A stretch of 64,000 bases of DNA from Nitrosopumilus sp. (lineage in GTDB: Archaea; Thermoproteota; Nitrososphaeria; Nitrososphaerales; Nitrosopumilaceae). The DNA lies in NCBI GenBank assembly GCA_965205425.1, contig CBDBGZ010000009.1, forward strand, positions 544,001 through 608,000. Direction: 5' to 3'. Below, in pieces: positions 31,581 through 41,585 of this stretch. Each line of letters opens with the position of its first letter. The stretch's first letter is position 1. The translations under genes were made by a program, and so were the position numbers. The notes below the pieces were generated by a model. That model had not been told where the DNA came from, did no database searches, and saw only the letters and a program-made list of their open reading frames with translations.

Positions 31581-32138
31581 TTAACTTCCTTGTTCAGAGA
31601 CATCTTTTGTGAGATTTTCAGCTAATTGTTCATAATGATCTCTTGTTTTACCAATCTCATCAAGTTTTGATTTTTCAATTTCAGTAAGTTCCTTGTCAAC
31701 TTTTTCAGAAACATATTGTAATCTTGCTTCTGCCATCATGAATAATTTATTATTCTCTTTCCATAAATGCTCAGTGATATGTTCAACATATTGTTGCATA
31801 TCACTAACCAATTTTGTCGGATCACCAGATGAAAGGTAATTTTTTGCTGACACTTCCATTTCAGCACCGATTTCTCGTGAACGTTGATGATCAATTAACA
31901 TCATTGCAATAGGTCCCATGTTAGTAGGCAAACCAGCTTGCTCTAAAGCAGGAAATAGTGATTTTTCTTCTTTACTATGATGACAGACATCTGTAAAGTT
32001 TTTTGAAAAATCAATTACGGGTAATAGTATTGATTCAGGGATTTGTTTACCATCATTAAGTAATTGAATAGTAGATTCCATTGCTTTGATGACTTTTTCT
32101 ATTAATTCATGATCGCGTCTTAATGATGTAGTGGACAT
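31581..32138 (-). CDS. Hemerythrin/HHE domain protein
   Basis: DH..I, CHHSKEE..LFP, DH and H..KENNKLF motifs. Confidence 0.9.
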   Translation of the reverse strand: MSTTSLRRDHELIEKVIKAMESTIQLLNDGKQIPESILLPVIDFSKNFTDVCHHSKEEKSLFPALEQAGLPTNMGPIAMMLIDHQRSREIGAEMEVSAKNYLSSGDPTKLVSDMQQYVEHITEHLWKENNKLFMMAEARLQYVSEKVDKELTEIEKSKLDEIGKTRDHYEQLAENLTKDVSEQGS

Positions 32139-32236
32139 ATTTTATTAAAATTAAATCCAATATCTATACCTTATTCATTTTAGAAAAATAATTAAAAGAT
32201 AGAAATTAGTTAACGATGATTCGTTAACATGTGGAT

Positions 32237-32458
32237 TTAACGATTAGAAAGGCTATTTGATTTTACAAATGCCCAAATCTTTTTAGTCATCTCACTTGGT
32301 GCAATTGGTTTCTTACCAAAGACTTGTTCTACTGTTTCAGAACGTCCTGCAAAACTAATTGCATATCCACCAAATGCTGGTTTTTTAGATTTTGATTTGG
32401 TTGCTTTCTTTTTTGGAGCTGCTTTCTTTTTTGTTGTAGTTTTCTTTTTTATTGCCAA
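32237..32458 (-). CDS. Small basic protein with a Lys/Ala-rich tail and a SWIB-like half domain
   Basis: KKKAAPKKKA tail; VFG.KPI.PSEMTKKIWAFVK.N.L. Confidence 0.75.
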   Translation of the reverse strand: MAIKKKTTTKKKAAPKKKATKSKSKKPAFGGYAISFAGRSETVEQVFGKKPIAPSEMTKKIWAFVKSNSLSNR

Positions 32459-32494
32459 TTTCTTGTAATTTTATTTCAAAGAAAGTATAATAAC

Positions 32495-33151
32495 TTACAC
32501 TTTTAGATAATTCAACACAAGATGGTTTTTGAGCCTCTTGACAGATTTGAGTTGAAGATTAGGAGATTTGGAAATTTTATCAAATCCACTACCTTGAATA
32601 AAAGATATCGAATCAGTTCCTCCAATTACAAACGGAGAAAGGGTAACAATTAATTCATCAAAAAGATTTTGTTTTATAAATTCCCAATTTACAGTTCCAC
32701 CACCTTCAACTAATATTGTTTCAATTTTTTTCTCTGAAAGTTTTTTCAATAGTGATTTTATATTTACTGACTTTTCTCCAGTAATAATTACTTCAACTGG
32801 AAATTTGTTTAATTTTTGTAGATTTGATTTTGTAATGTTTTTTGATACAGCTATTATGGTTGGAATATTATTACATGTCTGTAGAATTTTTGATTTTATA
32901 GAAATATCACCTTTAGAATCCAATATTATTCTAATAGGATTTTTCTCTTTAGTATATCGTACAGTTAACAAAGGATCATCTTGAACTAGTGTATTTTTTC
33001 CAATAATTATTCCATCTACTTTAGTTCTTAGTTTGTGCAATCTATGAAAATCTTGTTTTGAAGAAAGTTTTGAGTCACCTGTTCGAGTAGCAATTTTTCC
33101 ATCAACAGATATTGCTGCACTTAAAATTACATACGGCTTATATTTTTCCAT
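32495..33151 (-). CDS. 2,5-diamino-6-(ribosylamino)-4(3H)-pyrimidinone 5'-phosphate reductase
   Basis: AISVDGKIA, DDPLLTVR and VEGGG motifs; riboflavin cluster. Confidence 0.92.
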   Translation of the reverse strand: MEKYKPYVILSAAISVDGKIATRTGDSKLSSKQDFHRLHKLRTKVDGIIIGKNTLVQDDPLLTVRYTKEKNPIRIILDSKGDISIKSKILQTCNNIPTIIAVSKNITKSNLQKLNKFPVEVIITGEKSVNIKSLLKKLSEKKIETILVEGGGTVNWEFIKQNLFDELIVTLSPFVIGGTDSISFIQGSGFDKISKSPNLQLKSVKRLKNHLVLNYLKV

Positions 33152-34328
33152 ATACTATTTTCCCTCCAATCATTACTGCCTTGATTGCAGATTCAGATGC
33201 TCTATGTACAATTGATGCATGTGGATCATGCATTGGTTCTAAATCTAATGCATGTTTATCTAAGAATATACAATCAGCAATTTTTCCAGATTCAATACTT
33301 CCAATATTTTTATTTAAAATTTTTCCACCATTTACTGTTGCCATTTTAAGAATTTCTTTCGCGTCAATTCTTTTTTTGTGTAACCCCATAGTTACTTTCC
33401 AAATAAAATCCATTTCTCTAAACATATCAGGAGAGTTTATCATCACATTATCTGTGCCTAAAGCCAGTATACAACCTGCTTTTTGCATTAAATCAATATC
33501 AGGAATTCCTTCAGCAAGTGAAGAATTTGCTCTAGGGCAAATTACAATACCTCTTGTTTTTTTAGACGCTATTTTGAGATCAGATTTTGAAGCATATGTC
33601 ATATGAACTAAAAAATCAGGTTTCAGAGCTAAAGCTCGAATGATTTCAGATTTTCCAGTTATTTTTTTTGATTGAGTAATACTTTGTTTAGTTTCAGCAG
33701 AATGAATTGCTCTAATCTTTGATGTTTTTGAATAATAGTTCAATACAGCATTACTATTTTCATTGGCACCACTAACACCAATACCATCACATTTTTTGAG
33801 TAATTTTGTTAATTCATAAGACTTTGTGCTTGGGAATACTGAATTTTTTTTAATGTTTTTGGCATCATGGTATAATTCCATTCTACCTAAAATTATTGAG
33901 CGTAATGGAATATCTTTTAGAACTTTTTTTAATAAAATCACACCATCTAATCCACCTTCTCTAAAATCAACAAAAGTAGTAACTCCTTTTCTAAGCATTG
34001 AATAACACGTATTTTTCATAAAATTTCCTAAAATTTCATTTGATGTATTTTTGAGGATTTTTGATTTTGCTCCAAAGACTGGATGGATTTTTTCATCAAC
34101 TGTATTGTTTAAAGAAATATCTTTTCCAATAGAATCCCCAATATGCGTATGAGCATTTATAAATCCAGGTATTATTAATAATCCTTCACAGTCTAGAGTT
34201 TCTTCTTTTATTATTGGTTTAATTTTTGAATATATTTTTTTAAATTTATCATTTTTAATTTGGATGTCAGTATTCGAAATAAAATCTAAATTTTGACCTG
34301 CTAAAACACTGATATTTTTAATTAACAT
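33138..34328 (-). CDS. Metal-dependent amidohydrolase in the riboflavin cluster
   Basis: PGFINAHTH, HSAET, ICPRAN and LGTDN motifs. Confidence 0.88.
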   Translation of the reverse strand: MLIKNISVLAGQNLDFISNTDIQIKNDKFKKIYSKIKPIIKEETLDCEGLLIIPGFINAHTHIGDSIGKDISLNNTVDEKIHPVFGAKSKILKNTSNEILGNFMKNTCYSMLRKGVTTFVDFREGGLDGVILLKKVLKDIPLRSIILGRMELYHDAKNIKKNSVFPSTKSYELTKLLKKCDGIGVSGANENSNAVLNYYSKTSKIRAIHSAETKQSITQSKKITGKSEIIRALALKPDFLVHMTYASKSDLKIASKKTRGIVICPRANSSLAEGIPDIDLMQKAGCILALGTDNVMINSPDMFREMDFIWKVTMGLHKKRIDAKEILKMATVNGGKILNKNIGSIESGKIADCIFLDKHALDLEPMHDPHASIVHRASESAIKAVMIGGKIVYGKI

Positions 34329-35074
34329 GATAATTCATAAACTTCAGGTTTTTCCTTGCCTGAATCTCGAATTTCTCTTATAGTATCAAGTGATTGTGTG
34401 GCTAATTTTACAGCCTCTCTTCCAGATTTTGCATTACCTATTCCACAATTCAAAGAAATTTGATCATTATTTTTTACAATATTGATGAAATCTTGTACAG
34501 AATTCTTTGCTTCATTATTTGCTACTACCATAAAATTATCACCACCCATAAAAAATGTAAGAGAGTTTTTTTCTAGAAAATATTTTGACATTTTAGAATA
34601 TAATTCAAAAATTATTGATGAAATTTCATAAGGAGAATCTGTTTTCCTTCTAGAAGTAAGATCATCTACGTCTAAATGCATTATTGAAATTTCTGAATCA
34701 GTTGTATCGTGTACAAATCCAAAAATATTATGTTCTGTGTTTAAAATAATTTTATTTTTCTTTCCTTCATATGCTTTCAAATTTGCTTCAAATGGAGTAC
34801 TTCCAAAACCAATTGAAATTGTTAGTCCAACATCAAATGATTTTTCAAGAATTTTTTGGATTTGAATATGATCCTCCAAAGTAAGGCCATTTGAGACAAC
34901 AAAAAATTCATCAGCCCGATTGAGAAATACCATACAACTTTTATCAGAAAATAATTTTTGAACTTCCTTGTAGAGTGATGCCTGTAGCATTTGAAGTTCA
35001 TGTTCTCTATCACTACCTAATGTTAGTGTCCAAGGACCATATTCAGTGATTTTTAAAATACTTAATTGAATCAT
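34322..35074 (-). CDS. gch3: GTP cyclohydrolase III (IIa)
   Basis: YGPWT.TLG.DRE..LQ.LQ and FMGGDNF motifs. Confidence 0.92.
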   Translation of the reverse strand: MIQLSILKITEYGPWTLTLGSDREHELQMLQASLYKEVQKLFSDKSCMVFLNRADEFFVVSNGLTLEDHIQIQKILEKSFDVGLTISIGFGSTPFEANLKAYEGKKNKIILNTEHNIFGFVHDTTDSEISIMHLDVDDLTSRRKTDSPYEISSIIFELYSKMSKYFLEKNSLTFFMGGDNFMVVANNEAKNSVQDFINIVKNNDQISLNCGIGNAKSGREAVKLATQSLDTIREIRDSGKEKPEVYELSC

Positions 35075-35487
35075 TTTTGAATCCTTTTTAGTTCTTCAGA
35101 GATTTTTACAACAGCTTCTACTGCACGTTCTGCAACAGGTCTAATTCTAGCATAAGCATGTCTTTCCTGCATTCCAGGACCTGAAATTCCTAAAGAAACT
35201 GGTTTTTCGTATTTTAGTGACAGATTAGTCAAGGCTTGTGCCGCTGCATGAGAGATAACTTCATCGTGTTTTGTTTGACCCTTAATGATAGCACCTAAGG
35301 TGACTACAGCATCAACATCTTTTTTGTTCAATAGTGCATCAACAATTATAGGCATATCATAGGCTCCTGGAACCATACAAGTATGAGTAATTTTTAATTT
35401 CAATAATTCTGCTTTTTCTTTAGCTATAGAAAGCATCCTAGACGTCACTTCCTCATTAAATTCCGAAAATACTATGGCAATATTCAA
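35071..35487 (-). CDS. ribH: 6,7-dimethyl-8-ribityllumazine synthase
   Basis: EFN, VPGAYDMP and LGAIIKGQT.HD motifs. Confidence 0.95.
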   Translation of the reverse strand: MNIAIVFSEFNEEVTSRMLSIAKEKAELLKLKITHTCMVPGAYDMPIIVDALLNKKDVDAVVTLGAIIKGQTKHDEVISHAAAQALTNLSLKYEKPVSLGISGPGMQERHAYARIRPVAERAVEAVVKISEELKRIQK

Positions 35488-35489
35488 AA

Positions 35490-36155
35490 TTAATTCACCT
35501 TAGCATATTCTAATAATTCTTTTCCATCAATTAATGGAATTCCATTTTGTTTTGCAAATTTTTCAGCCTTATCAACAGATAGGGCAGCATAAGTTTCAGC
35601 ATCCATCATTTCACAAATTGCAGTAACAGGCGTTAAACCTGCAACTTGAGCTAAATAAACGGACATTTCTGTATGTCCTTGGCGTGCAGCTAACAAACCT
35701 TTGGATGCAATTAACAATGGAACATGTCCTGGAGTTTTAAAAGAAGAAGCAAACTTTTTCTGTTTATTTTCAACATTATAGATTTTAGCCATTTCACTAA
35801 TTGTTAAAGATCTATCTTTATCGGTAATTCCAGTGTATGTTTGATAATGATTTACAGACAATGAAAAAGTAGGATGATCGCCATATGGTGTCAATCCCAT
35901 TATCATTTCTTTATTGGAAATTGATGATTCTGAAAGAATTTCATGCATGTATTGTAACTCGAGTGACGTTGCAAAATTATTATCAATTGCAATGCATAAT
36001 AATCCACCAGCATTTTGACGCATTCGGGCTATATGTTCAGGTGTGACAAATTCTGCAGCTACTACCATATCAATTTCATTTTCTCTACCTGCTGAATCAA
36101 ACAACAAAACAAATTCACCACATTTCAATGATTGCAGTGCAGATTCAAGTGACAT
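35490..36155 (-). CDS. ribB: 3,4-dihydroxy-2-butanone-4-phosphate synthase
   Basis: RENE.D, TGITDKDR, PGHV, RQGHTE and ICEMM motifs. Confidence 0.95.
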   Translation of the reverse strand: MSLESALQSLKCGEFVLLFDSAGRENEIDMVVAAEFVTPEHIARMRQNAGGLLCIAIDNNFATSLELQYMHEILSESSISNKEMIMGLTPYGDHPTFSLSVNHYQTYTGITDKDRSLTISEMAKIYNVENKQKKFASSFKTPGHVPLLIASKGLLAARQGHTEMSVYLAQVAGLTPVTAICEMMDAETYAALSVDKAEKFAKQNGIPLIDGKELLEYAKVN

Positions 36156-36232
36156 ATGGAAAAACTTCATAATCTAATTATAAAGTTTACTAAAAAAATA
36201 GTAATTACCACTAAAATTGTAGATAATTGGCT

Positions 36233-36817
36233 TTATTTTAGAATGTATTTTCCAAGAATGTCAGTTTCAATATTAACTTTGTCGCCTATCTTTTTAGTTT
36301 GAAAATTTGTTACATCAATAGTATGTGGAATTAATGAAACTGATGCAAGAGAATTTTTAACATTAACAACTGTTAAACTAATTCCATCAATTGCAATAGA
36401 ACCCTTTTTCACAACATATTTGGACAATTTTTTAGGAACATTAAACCATACTTGTACTTCTTTAGGTTTTTTTACAATTTTTTTAATTATTCCTACACCA
36501 TCAACATGACCCAAAACAAAATGTCCCTCTAAACGTTCACCAGCTTTCAAACTACGTTCAATATTTACAATTCCTCCAACTTTTAAATTTCCAAGATCAG
36601 TTTTTTTAGTAGTTTCCTCAATCATTTCAAAAATACAACTAGATTTAGAAAGTTTTGTTGCGGTAAGACAAACTCCATTTAATGCAACACTTTGTCCAAT
36701 TTTTAATCCCTTTCCATATTTTCCTAAATTTACAGTCATTTGAATAGCACTACGGTTTTTAGTATTTTTAGAAATTTTTTCTACTTTACCAATTCCTTCA
36801 ACAATTCCTGTAAACAT
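36233..36817 (-). CDS. ribE: Riboflavin synthase (bacterial-type alpha chain)
   Basis: MFTGIVE, NGVCLT, GHFVLGHVD and DGISLT motifs. Confidence 0.95.
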   Translation of the reverse strand: MFTGIVEGIGKVEKISKNTKNRSAIQMTVNLGKYGKGLKIGQSVALNGVCLTATKLSKSSCIFEMIEETTKKTDLGNLKVGGIVNIERSLKAGERLEGHFVLGHVDGVGIIKKIVKKPKEVQVWFNVPKKLSKYVVKKGSIAIDGISLTVVNVKNSLASVSLIPHTIDVTNFQTKKIGDKVNIETDILGKYILK

Positions 36818-36885
36818 GGATCAACTATGAATATTGTGTATAAAATTCTTCATATAGATATACGGATTAATTTTAATGAGAATGA

Positions 36886-37047
36886 CTATTTTCTACTTAA
36901 TTTATCAGTATGACTAGGATCATTTTCTACCGCGTCACGTACTCGTTTTTCTATTGAAGAAATGTGGGAATATCTACATGTATTACTACAGAATTTTTCA
37001 TTTTTACCTTCAAAATTATTACAACAATATTCACAAACAAGTTTCAG
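36886..37047 (-). CDS. Small zinc-finger protein (53 aa), CTG or ATA start, not in the ORF track
   Basis: LKLVCEYCCNNFEGKNEKFCSNTCR...; CxxC-x-FCS..C motif. Confidence 0.65.
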   Translation of the reverse strand: MKLVCEYCCNNFEGKNEKFCSNTCRYSHISSIEKRVRDAVENDPSHTDKLSRK

Positions 37048-37183
37048 GGTTATATATCATCAATAAAGTATTTTTAAGATTAAAAAATTCATGGTTAAAA
37101 AAATATCAAATATTGTGAAATATTTCTATTTGAGACAAGTTTTATTCTGAAATCGTGACTAGAATGAAGTTATTTGGGTTTAG

Positions 37184-37882
37184 TCAATTTGATTGTTCAA
37201 ATTCATCATCACAAAATTGATGGAAAACAGAGCAATTGTTTTCTTTAGCATCATTTTTTATTTTTTCCATATCTTTGTTAAGAATTCCCTGTGCAGCTAA
37301 AAATGCATTATCAGTCAGCCCCAATTTTTCATACAGGTGAGATTTTGCCAGAGATAATTCTTTTAATTTAGAATCAATTGTTTGTGCTTTATCATAATAG
37401 TCAATGGCATCTTGATAATTTCCCAGATGACTAAGAGAAATAGCCTTATTCATTAATGCAGTAATATCATTAGGATCAATTAGAAGAGATGTGTTATAGC
37501 ACTCAAGAGCTTCTTGATGACGACTTAGTTCATTAAGGGATAGCCCCATACTGTTTAGAACCCATATGTCTTTTGGATTAGTTGAAAGGATTTGTTGGCA
37601 CAATTCCAAAACTTGTTCATATTGTTTTAAATTTTCTAGTGCGAAAATCTTATTTTTTAATGCATAAATATCGGAATTTTTAATTTTTAGAACTTTATCA
37701 CAATATTGAATAGATTCATCGTATTTTTTTAAATAAATTAAAGATAATGAAATATTTTGTAGTGCCACCATATCATTTGGGATTTTTTCAAGTAGATTCT
37801 TACAATAATTATACATTTCATCATATTTTTCAGCATTAAACAATCTAGTAATTACATTTGAAGGATCAAGGAGATCAACCAT
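37184..37882 (-). CDS. Tetratricopeptide repeat protein
   Basis: Repeated AL.NK..SL..L..Y..A..YY units. Confidence 0.9.
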   Translation of the reverse strand: MVDLLDPSNVITRLFNAEKYDEMYNYCKNLLEKIPNDMVALQNISLSLIYLKKYDESIQYCDKVLKIKNSDIYALKNKIFALENLKQYEQVLELCQQILSTNPKDIWVLNSMGLSLNELSRHQEALECYNTSLLIDPNDITALMNKAISLSHLGNYQDAIDYYDKAQTIDSKLKELSLAKSHLYEKLGLTDNAFLAAQGILNKDMEKIKNDAKENNCSVFHQFCDDEFEQSN

Positions 37883-37952
37883 ATACTATTATTGGAAATT
37901 CATTATTCTTTAACCTATTCTAATTAAAATTAATTTTAAAGAAATGAAATAA

Positions 37953-38096
37953 TTATTTTAAAACTTTACGAAGGGTTTCATTCAAAACTTTAGAATAACT
38001 ATATGATGCCTGTTCTTGCTGAATTAGTTTGGCTTGACGTAGTCGAAGTTTTTTATCAAGATCTTCATCAATCATGATTGTTACGCGTTTACTCAT
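37953..38096 (-). CDS. Small ribbon-helix-helix-like protein
   Basis: MSKRVTIMIDEDLDKKLR...SYSKVLNETL. Confidence 0.75.
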   Translation of the reverse strand: MSKRVTIMIDEDLDKKLRLRQAKLIQQEQASYSYSKVLNETLRKVLK

Positions 38097-38271
38097 CGAT
38101 ATCATCAATTTTGTATGAATTTTACAATATAACATTATATGAAAAGTTCCAAAAATGGGATTTTAATTGAAATATTACATGAAACCACATGCTCATGAAA
38201 AATGTAAGCTTTAGCTAGAAGTGATTACAGATCAATGACTGTCAAAATTGATCTTAAGTAAAAAAATGATT

Positions 38272-38622
38272 TTAGTTTTGAATGATAGAAATTACTTGAT
38301 CCATTTTGAATGGTTTTTGAATTAGAGGAATGTTTAGTTTTTCTAATTTTTCTTCAGTCGCAAAACTTCCATCAGCAGTTACAGCAATTATTCGTGCTTT
38401 GGGATCAATATCTTGAATTTTTTTAATTGCATAAAATCCACTTCCATTTGGCATATTTAGATCAATTAACACAACATCAGGTTTTGTTTCTTTGAATAAT
38501 TTAACTGCAGTAACACCATCAAATCCATTACCAATTACATTAATCTCATTTTCTTCAAGGAATTCACTGAATAATCTAACAGTGTCTTCATCATCATCAA
38601 TTACTATTACAGATTTAGGCAT
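38272..38622 (-). CDS. Single-domain response regulator
   Basis: VIDDD, DLNMP..SG, T and KP motifs. Confidence 0.93.
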   Translation of the reverse strand: MPKSVIVIDDDEDTVRLFSEFLEENEINVIGNGFDGVTAVKLFKETKPDVVLIDLNMPNGSGFYAIKKIQDIDPKARIIAVTADGSFATEEKLEKLNIPLIQKPFKMDQVISIIQN

Positions 38623-38680
38623 ATCTAGTCATATTACAAAGAGCAGTGCTTTAATATTTTCCATCATTTACAATTTTTGT

Positions 38681-39292
38681 ATGGGTGGTATTGATAGATT
38701 GATTGCATCTGCACTATCATCTGAGATTAAAAAATATCTAGATTTGGAAATTCTAAGGGCCACTGAACGGGAATTATTTTTAGAACATGGAATGTCAATC
38801 AAACTATCAATTGAACATTTTCATAAATTTTCAAGTATTCTTAGAAAAAATTCAAGATTGGATGTAAAGAAATTTGAAAAAGATTGTATTAATAAAATTC
38901 TTAAAATAAAAAAAAGAGATGATAAATTTTTAGTGACAATTATTAATCATGATTTAAGGGATTTAATTTTAGAATTATTTGGGGAAGTTGAAACAAGGAA
39001 AATCATTTCTGTTCTTTTAGAAAATGAATATACTATACCGGAAATTTTGAAAGAATCTAAAGTTCCTAAAACATCTGGCTATAGAAAAATTGAAAATTTA
39101 ATACTTCATGGATTAATTATTGAATCTGGAAAAGTACTGAGCGAAAGTAAAAAAATATCCAAACTACAATGTGTTTTTGAAGAAATAAAATTAGATATAA
39201 AAAAAGATAAAATCCTAGTAATCGGAATGGTAAACGAAAAAATGTTTGAAAAGAGTACTAGTATGAAAATAATTTTAGAATCATTTGAGTAG
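38681..39292 (+). CDS. Winged-helix transcriptional regulator
   Basis: TIPEIL....VPKTSGYRKIENL...GLI; ATG 38681 avoids overlap with the response regulator. Confidence 0.82.
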   Translation: MGGIDRLIASALSSEIKKYLDLEILRATERELFLEHGMSIKLSIEHFHKFSSILRKNSRLDVKKFEKDCINKILKIKKRDDKFLVTIINHDLRDLILELFGEVETRKIISVLLENEYTIPEILKESKVPKTSGYRKIENLILHGLIIESGKVLSESKKISKLQCVFEEIKLDIKKDKILVIGMVNEKMFEKSTSMKIILESFE

Positions 39293-39310
39293 TTTTAGTA
39301 GGAAAAAATA

Positions 39311-40165
39311 TTATTTTACAAGATTTAGGAGAGCTTTTGCTTGTTTGAAATGTACTTCATCAATCATTTTCCCATCAACAGTAGTAGCACCTTTACCTTT
39401 CTTTGTGGATTCAAGATAAATTTTGCATACTTTTTCAGCCCAAGATATCTCACTTTTGTTTGGATGAAATAATTTGTGTACAACTGGAATTTGATCAGGA
39501 TGTATGATACTTTTTCCTGTATAACCTAGACTTTTTCCTAATTTACAATCTTTTTCTAATCCCTTAGGATCTTTGAGATCTTGCCAAATAGCATCAATGA
39601 CTGCAATTCCTGCTGCATGAGCATCTACAGATATTTTTCTTCTAGAATATTTTTCGCCTTCAGAATCTTTAGTATATTCAACACCCAAATCATTCAATAA
39701 ATCAAAAACTCCAAAAACCACGGCAGGCACTCTCTTTCCAAAAGATGCAATTTCATACGTGTTTACAACACCTTCTGCAGATTCAATTGATGGAATAATT
39801 AGGATCGGTTTTAGTTTTCGAGTTTTTTCCAAGCTATAAAGAATTTTATCAATTTTTTTCATTTCTTTAATATTATTTACTTTGGGGATTACAATTCCAT
39901 CAACTCCTTTTTGTACAATTTCTTTAAGATCAGTTGGAATTTTTCCAGAACTTGGAGAGTTTGTTCTAACAAAAATTGAAGATTTGTATAGTTTTCTAGA
40001 TTTTAATGCAGTTTTGATTAGTTTTCTAGCATTAGATTTTTCATTATCTGGAACAGAGTCTTCTAAATCAAAACAAACAATGTCAGATTGAAGGTTCTTA
40101 GCTTTTTCTAAGAATCTGGAATTATTTCCAGGTACAAAAATGAGACTACGGAAGAGCTGAGTCAT
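39311..40165 (-). CDS. CitE/HpcH family CoA ester lyase
   Basis: RSLIFVPG, DLEDSV, GK..IHP.Q and DGKMID motifs. Confidence 0.92.
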   Translation of the reverse strand: MTQLFRSLIFVPGNNSRFLEKAKNLQSDIVCFDLEDSVPDNEKSNARKLIKTALKSRKLYKSSIFVRTNSPSSGKIPTDLKEIVQKGVDGIVIPKVNNIKEMKKIDKILYSLEKTRKLKPILIIPSIESAEGVVNTYEIASFGKRVPAVVFGVFDLLNDLGVEYTKDSEGEKYSRRKISVDAHAAGIAVIDAIWQDLKDPKGLEKDCKLGKSLGYTGKSIIHPDQIPVVHKLFHPNKSEISWAEKVCKIYLESTKKGKGATTVDGKMIDEVHFKQAKALLNLVK

Positions 40166-40172
40166 TAAATGA

Positions 40173-41252
40173 CTAAGCGCCTTCAGGCTTTAGTAAGATT
40201 TTACCAAAGAGTCCCTTACCGGTTAACATCTTTGTGTGTGCTTCTGCTGCTTGCTCAAATGTATAAGTTGAGTCAATTGCAGCTTTAATCTTACCTTGAC
40301 CCATCCAATAGAGACCTTGATCAAGTTCAGCTTTAGTTCCTTGTGTTGAACCTAAGACGTTAATTCCCTTAAAGAATATGTGTCTAAGATCTATCTGTGC
40401 ATCATACCCTGTTGTAGCACCACATGAAACAAGTGATGAACCATACTTTAACAACTGTAATTGTTTGTTGAAGTGGGTTTGACCAATATGATCAAATGCA
40501 ATATCAATTCCAGGTGCTTCACCTTTTGTTTTTGCTATTTCTTTTGAAATTTTAAAGACTTCTTTACTCCAATCGGGTTGTCTATGATCAACTGCATAAT
40601 CAGCACCCAATTCTTTACATTTATCTAGTTTGTCTGGACTTGCAGTTGCAATAACATCACAGTTGTATAATTTTGCGATTTGAATTCCAAAACTTCCAAC
40701 TCCAGAACCACCACCCATAATGAGTACTGTTTGACCTGGAGTGATTTTTGCTCTTCCTACCAACATGTGCCAGGAAGTAAGAAGTGTCATGGATGCAGCA
40801 GCTGCATCATCATATGAAACTCCTTCAGGAATTTTTGAAACATTAACTTCTGGTAAATGTATTTGTTCAGAGTATGCTCCCCATAAAGGTCCAGTTTGGA
40901 AACCCCAAACTTGTCTTTTCACACAATCAAATTCTCTTCCATCAGTACATGCTTTACAAACTCTGCATGAAAGATTAGAATGAGAAACTACTCGATCTCC
41001 AACTTTGAAATTTGTTACATCTTCACCTACGGCTATTACATCTCCAGCTACATCAGAACCAGAAACGTGTGGAAGAGGAACTGCAACTGGCACTCCTCTC
41101 ATTCCCCAAATATCATTATAATTTAGGGCAGATGCTTTATTGGTAAAAATTACCTCATCTGACTTTGGTTTTGGTTCATCTATATCCTGGACTTTGAGGA
41201 TTTTAGCATAATTATCATCTGGTGCATATTCATTGTATACAACGGCTTTCAT
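40173..41252 (-). CDS. Zinc-binding MDR family oxidoreductase
   Basis: GDRV, C..C..C...C structural Zn loop, GGGSGVG and FGKILL motifs. Confidence 0.92.
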   Translation of the reverse strand: MKAVVYNEYAPDDNYAKILKVQDIDEPKPKSDEVIFTNKASALNYNDIWGMRGVPVAVPLPHVSGSDVAGDVIAVGEDVTNFKVGDRVVSHSNLSCRVCKACTDGREFDCVKRQVWGFQTGPLWGAYSEQIHLPEVNVSKIPEGVSYDDAAAASMTLLTSWHMLVGRAKITPGQTVLIMGGGSGVGSFGIQIAKLYNCDVIATASPDKLDKCKELGADYAVDHRQPDWSKEVFKISKEIAKTKGEAPGIDIAFDHIGQTHFNKQLQLLKYGSSLVSCGATTGYDAQIDLRHIFFKGINVLGSTQGTKAELDQGLYWMGQGKIKAAIDSTYTFEQAAEAHTKMLTGKGLFGKILLKPEGA

Positions 41253-41293
41253 GAGTTAACGAAAATTGTTTCTAAATTTAAATTTTTTCTGAT

Positions 41294-41578
41294 TTATACT
41301 CGATTTATCTTAAAATCACGTTTTGGTTGCTGTGTAGAGAGTAAAATTTGCTTTAATTGATCGTCACTAATTTGGCCAGGTAACTTTCCTTGAGTTGCCA
41401 TACCGATCAAATATTGTTCAACCATATCAGATAACTCAGGTTTCACCATTTTGATATTGTTTAGTCTACTTCGAGCTTCAGGGGTTAGAACTTGCTTTAG
41501 AATTTGCTCTTTTTGTGCAGCTAATTCATGATTAGTGTTATCGATAGGTGGTTGTTCGTTAGAATCTGGAAAATCCAT
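41294..41578 (-). CDS. PDCD5-like DNA-binding protein
   Basis: ILKQVLTPEARSRL.NIKMVKPE and I.DDQLK.IL motifs. Confidence 0.92.
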   Translation of the reverse strand: MDFPDSNEQPPIDNTNHELAAQKEQILKQVLTPEARSRLNNIKMVKPELSDMVEQYLIGMATQGKLPGQISDDQLKQILLSTQQPKRDFKINRV

Positions 41579-41585
41579 TTTTAAT

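Noticed and set aside
38492..38680. Long 5' extensions of several ORFs (38492, 42453, 59972, 63007)
   Set aside because: They overlap neighbouring genes or the tRNA, or lack family similarity; downstream starts fit better.
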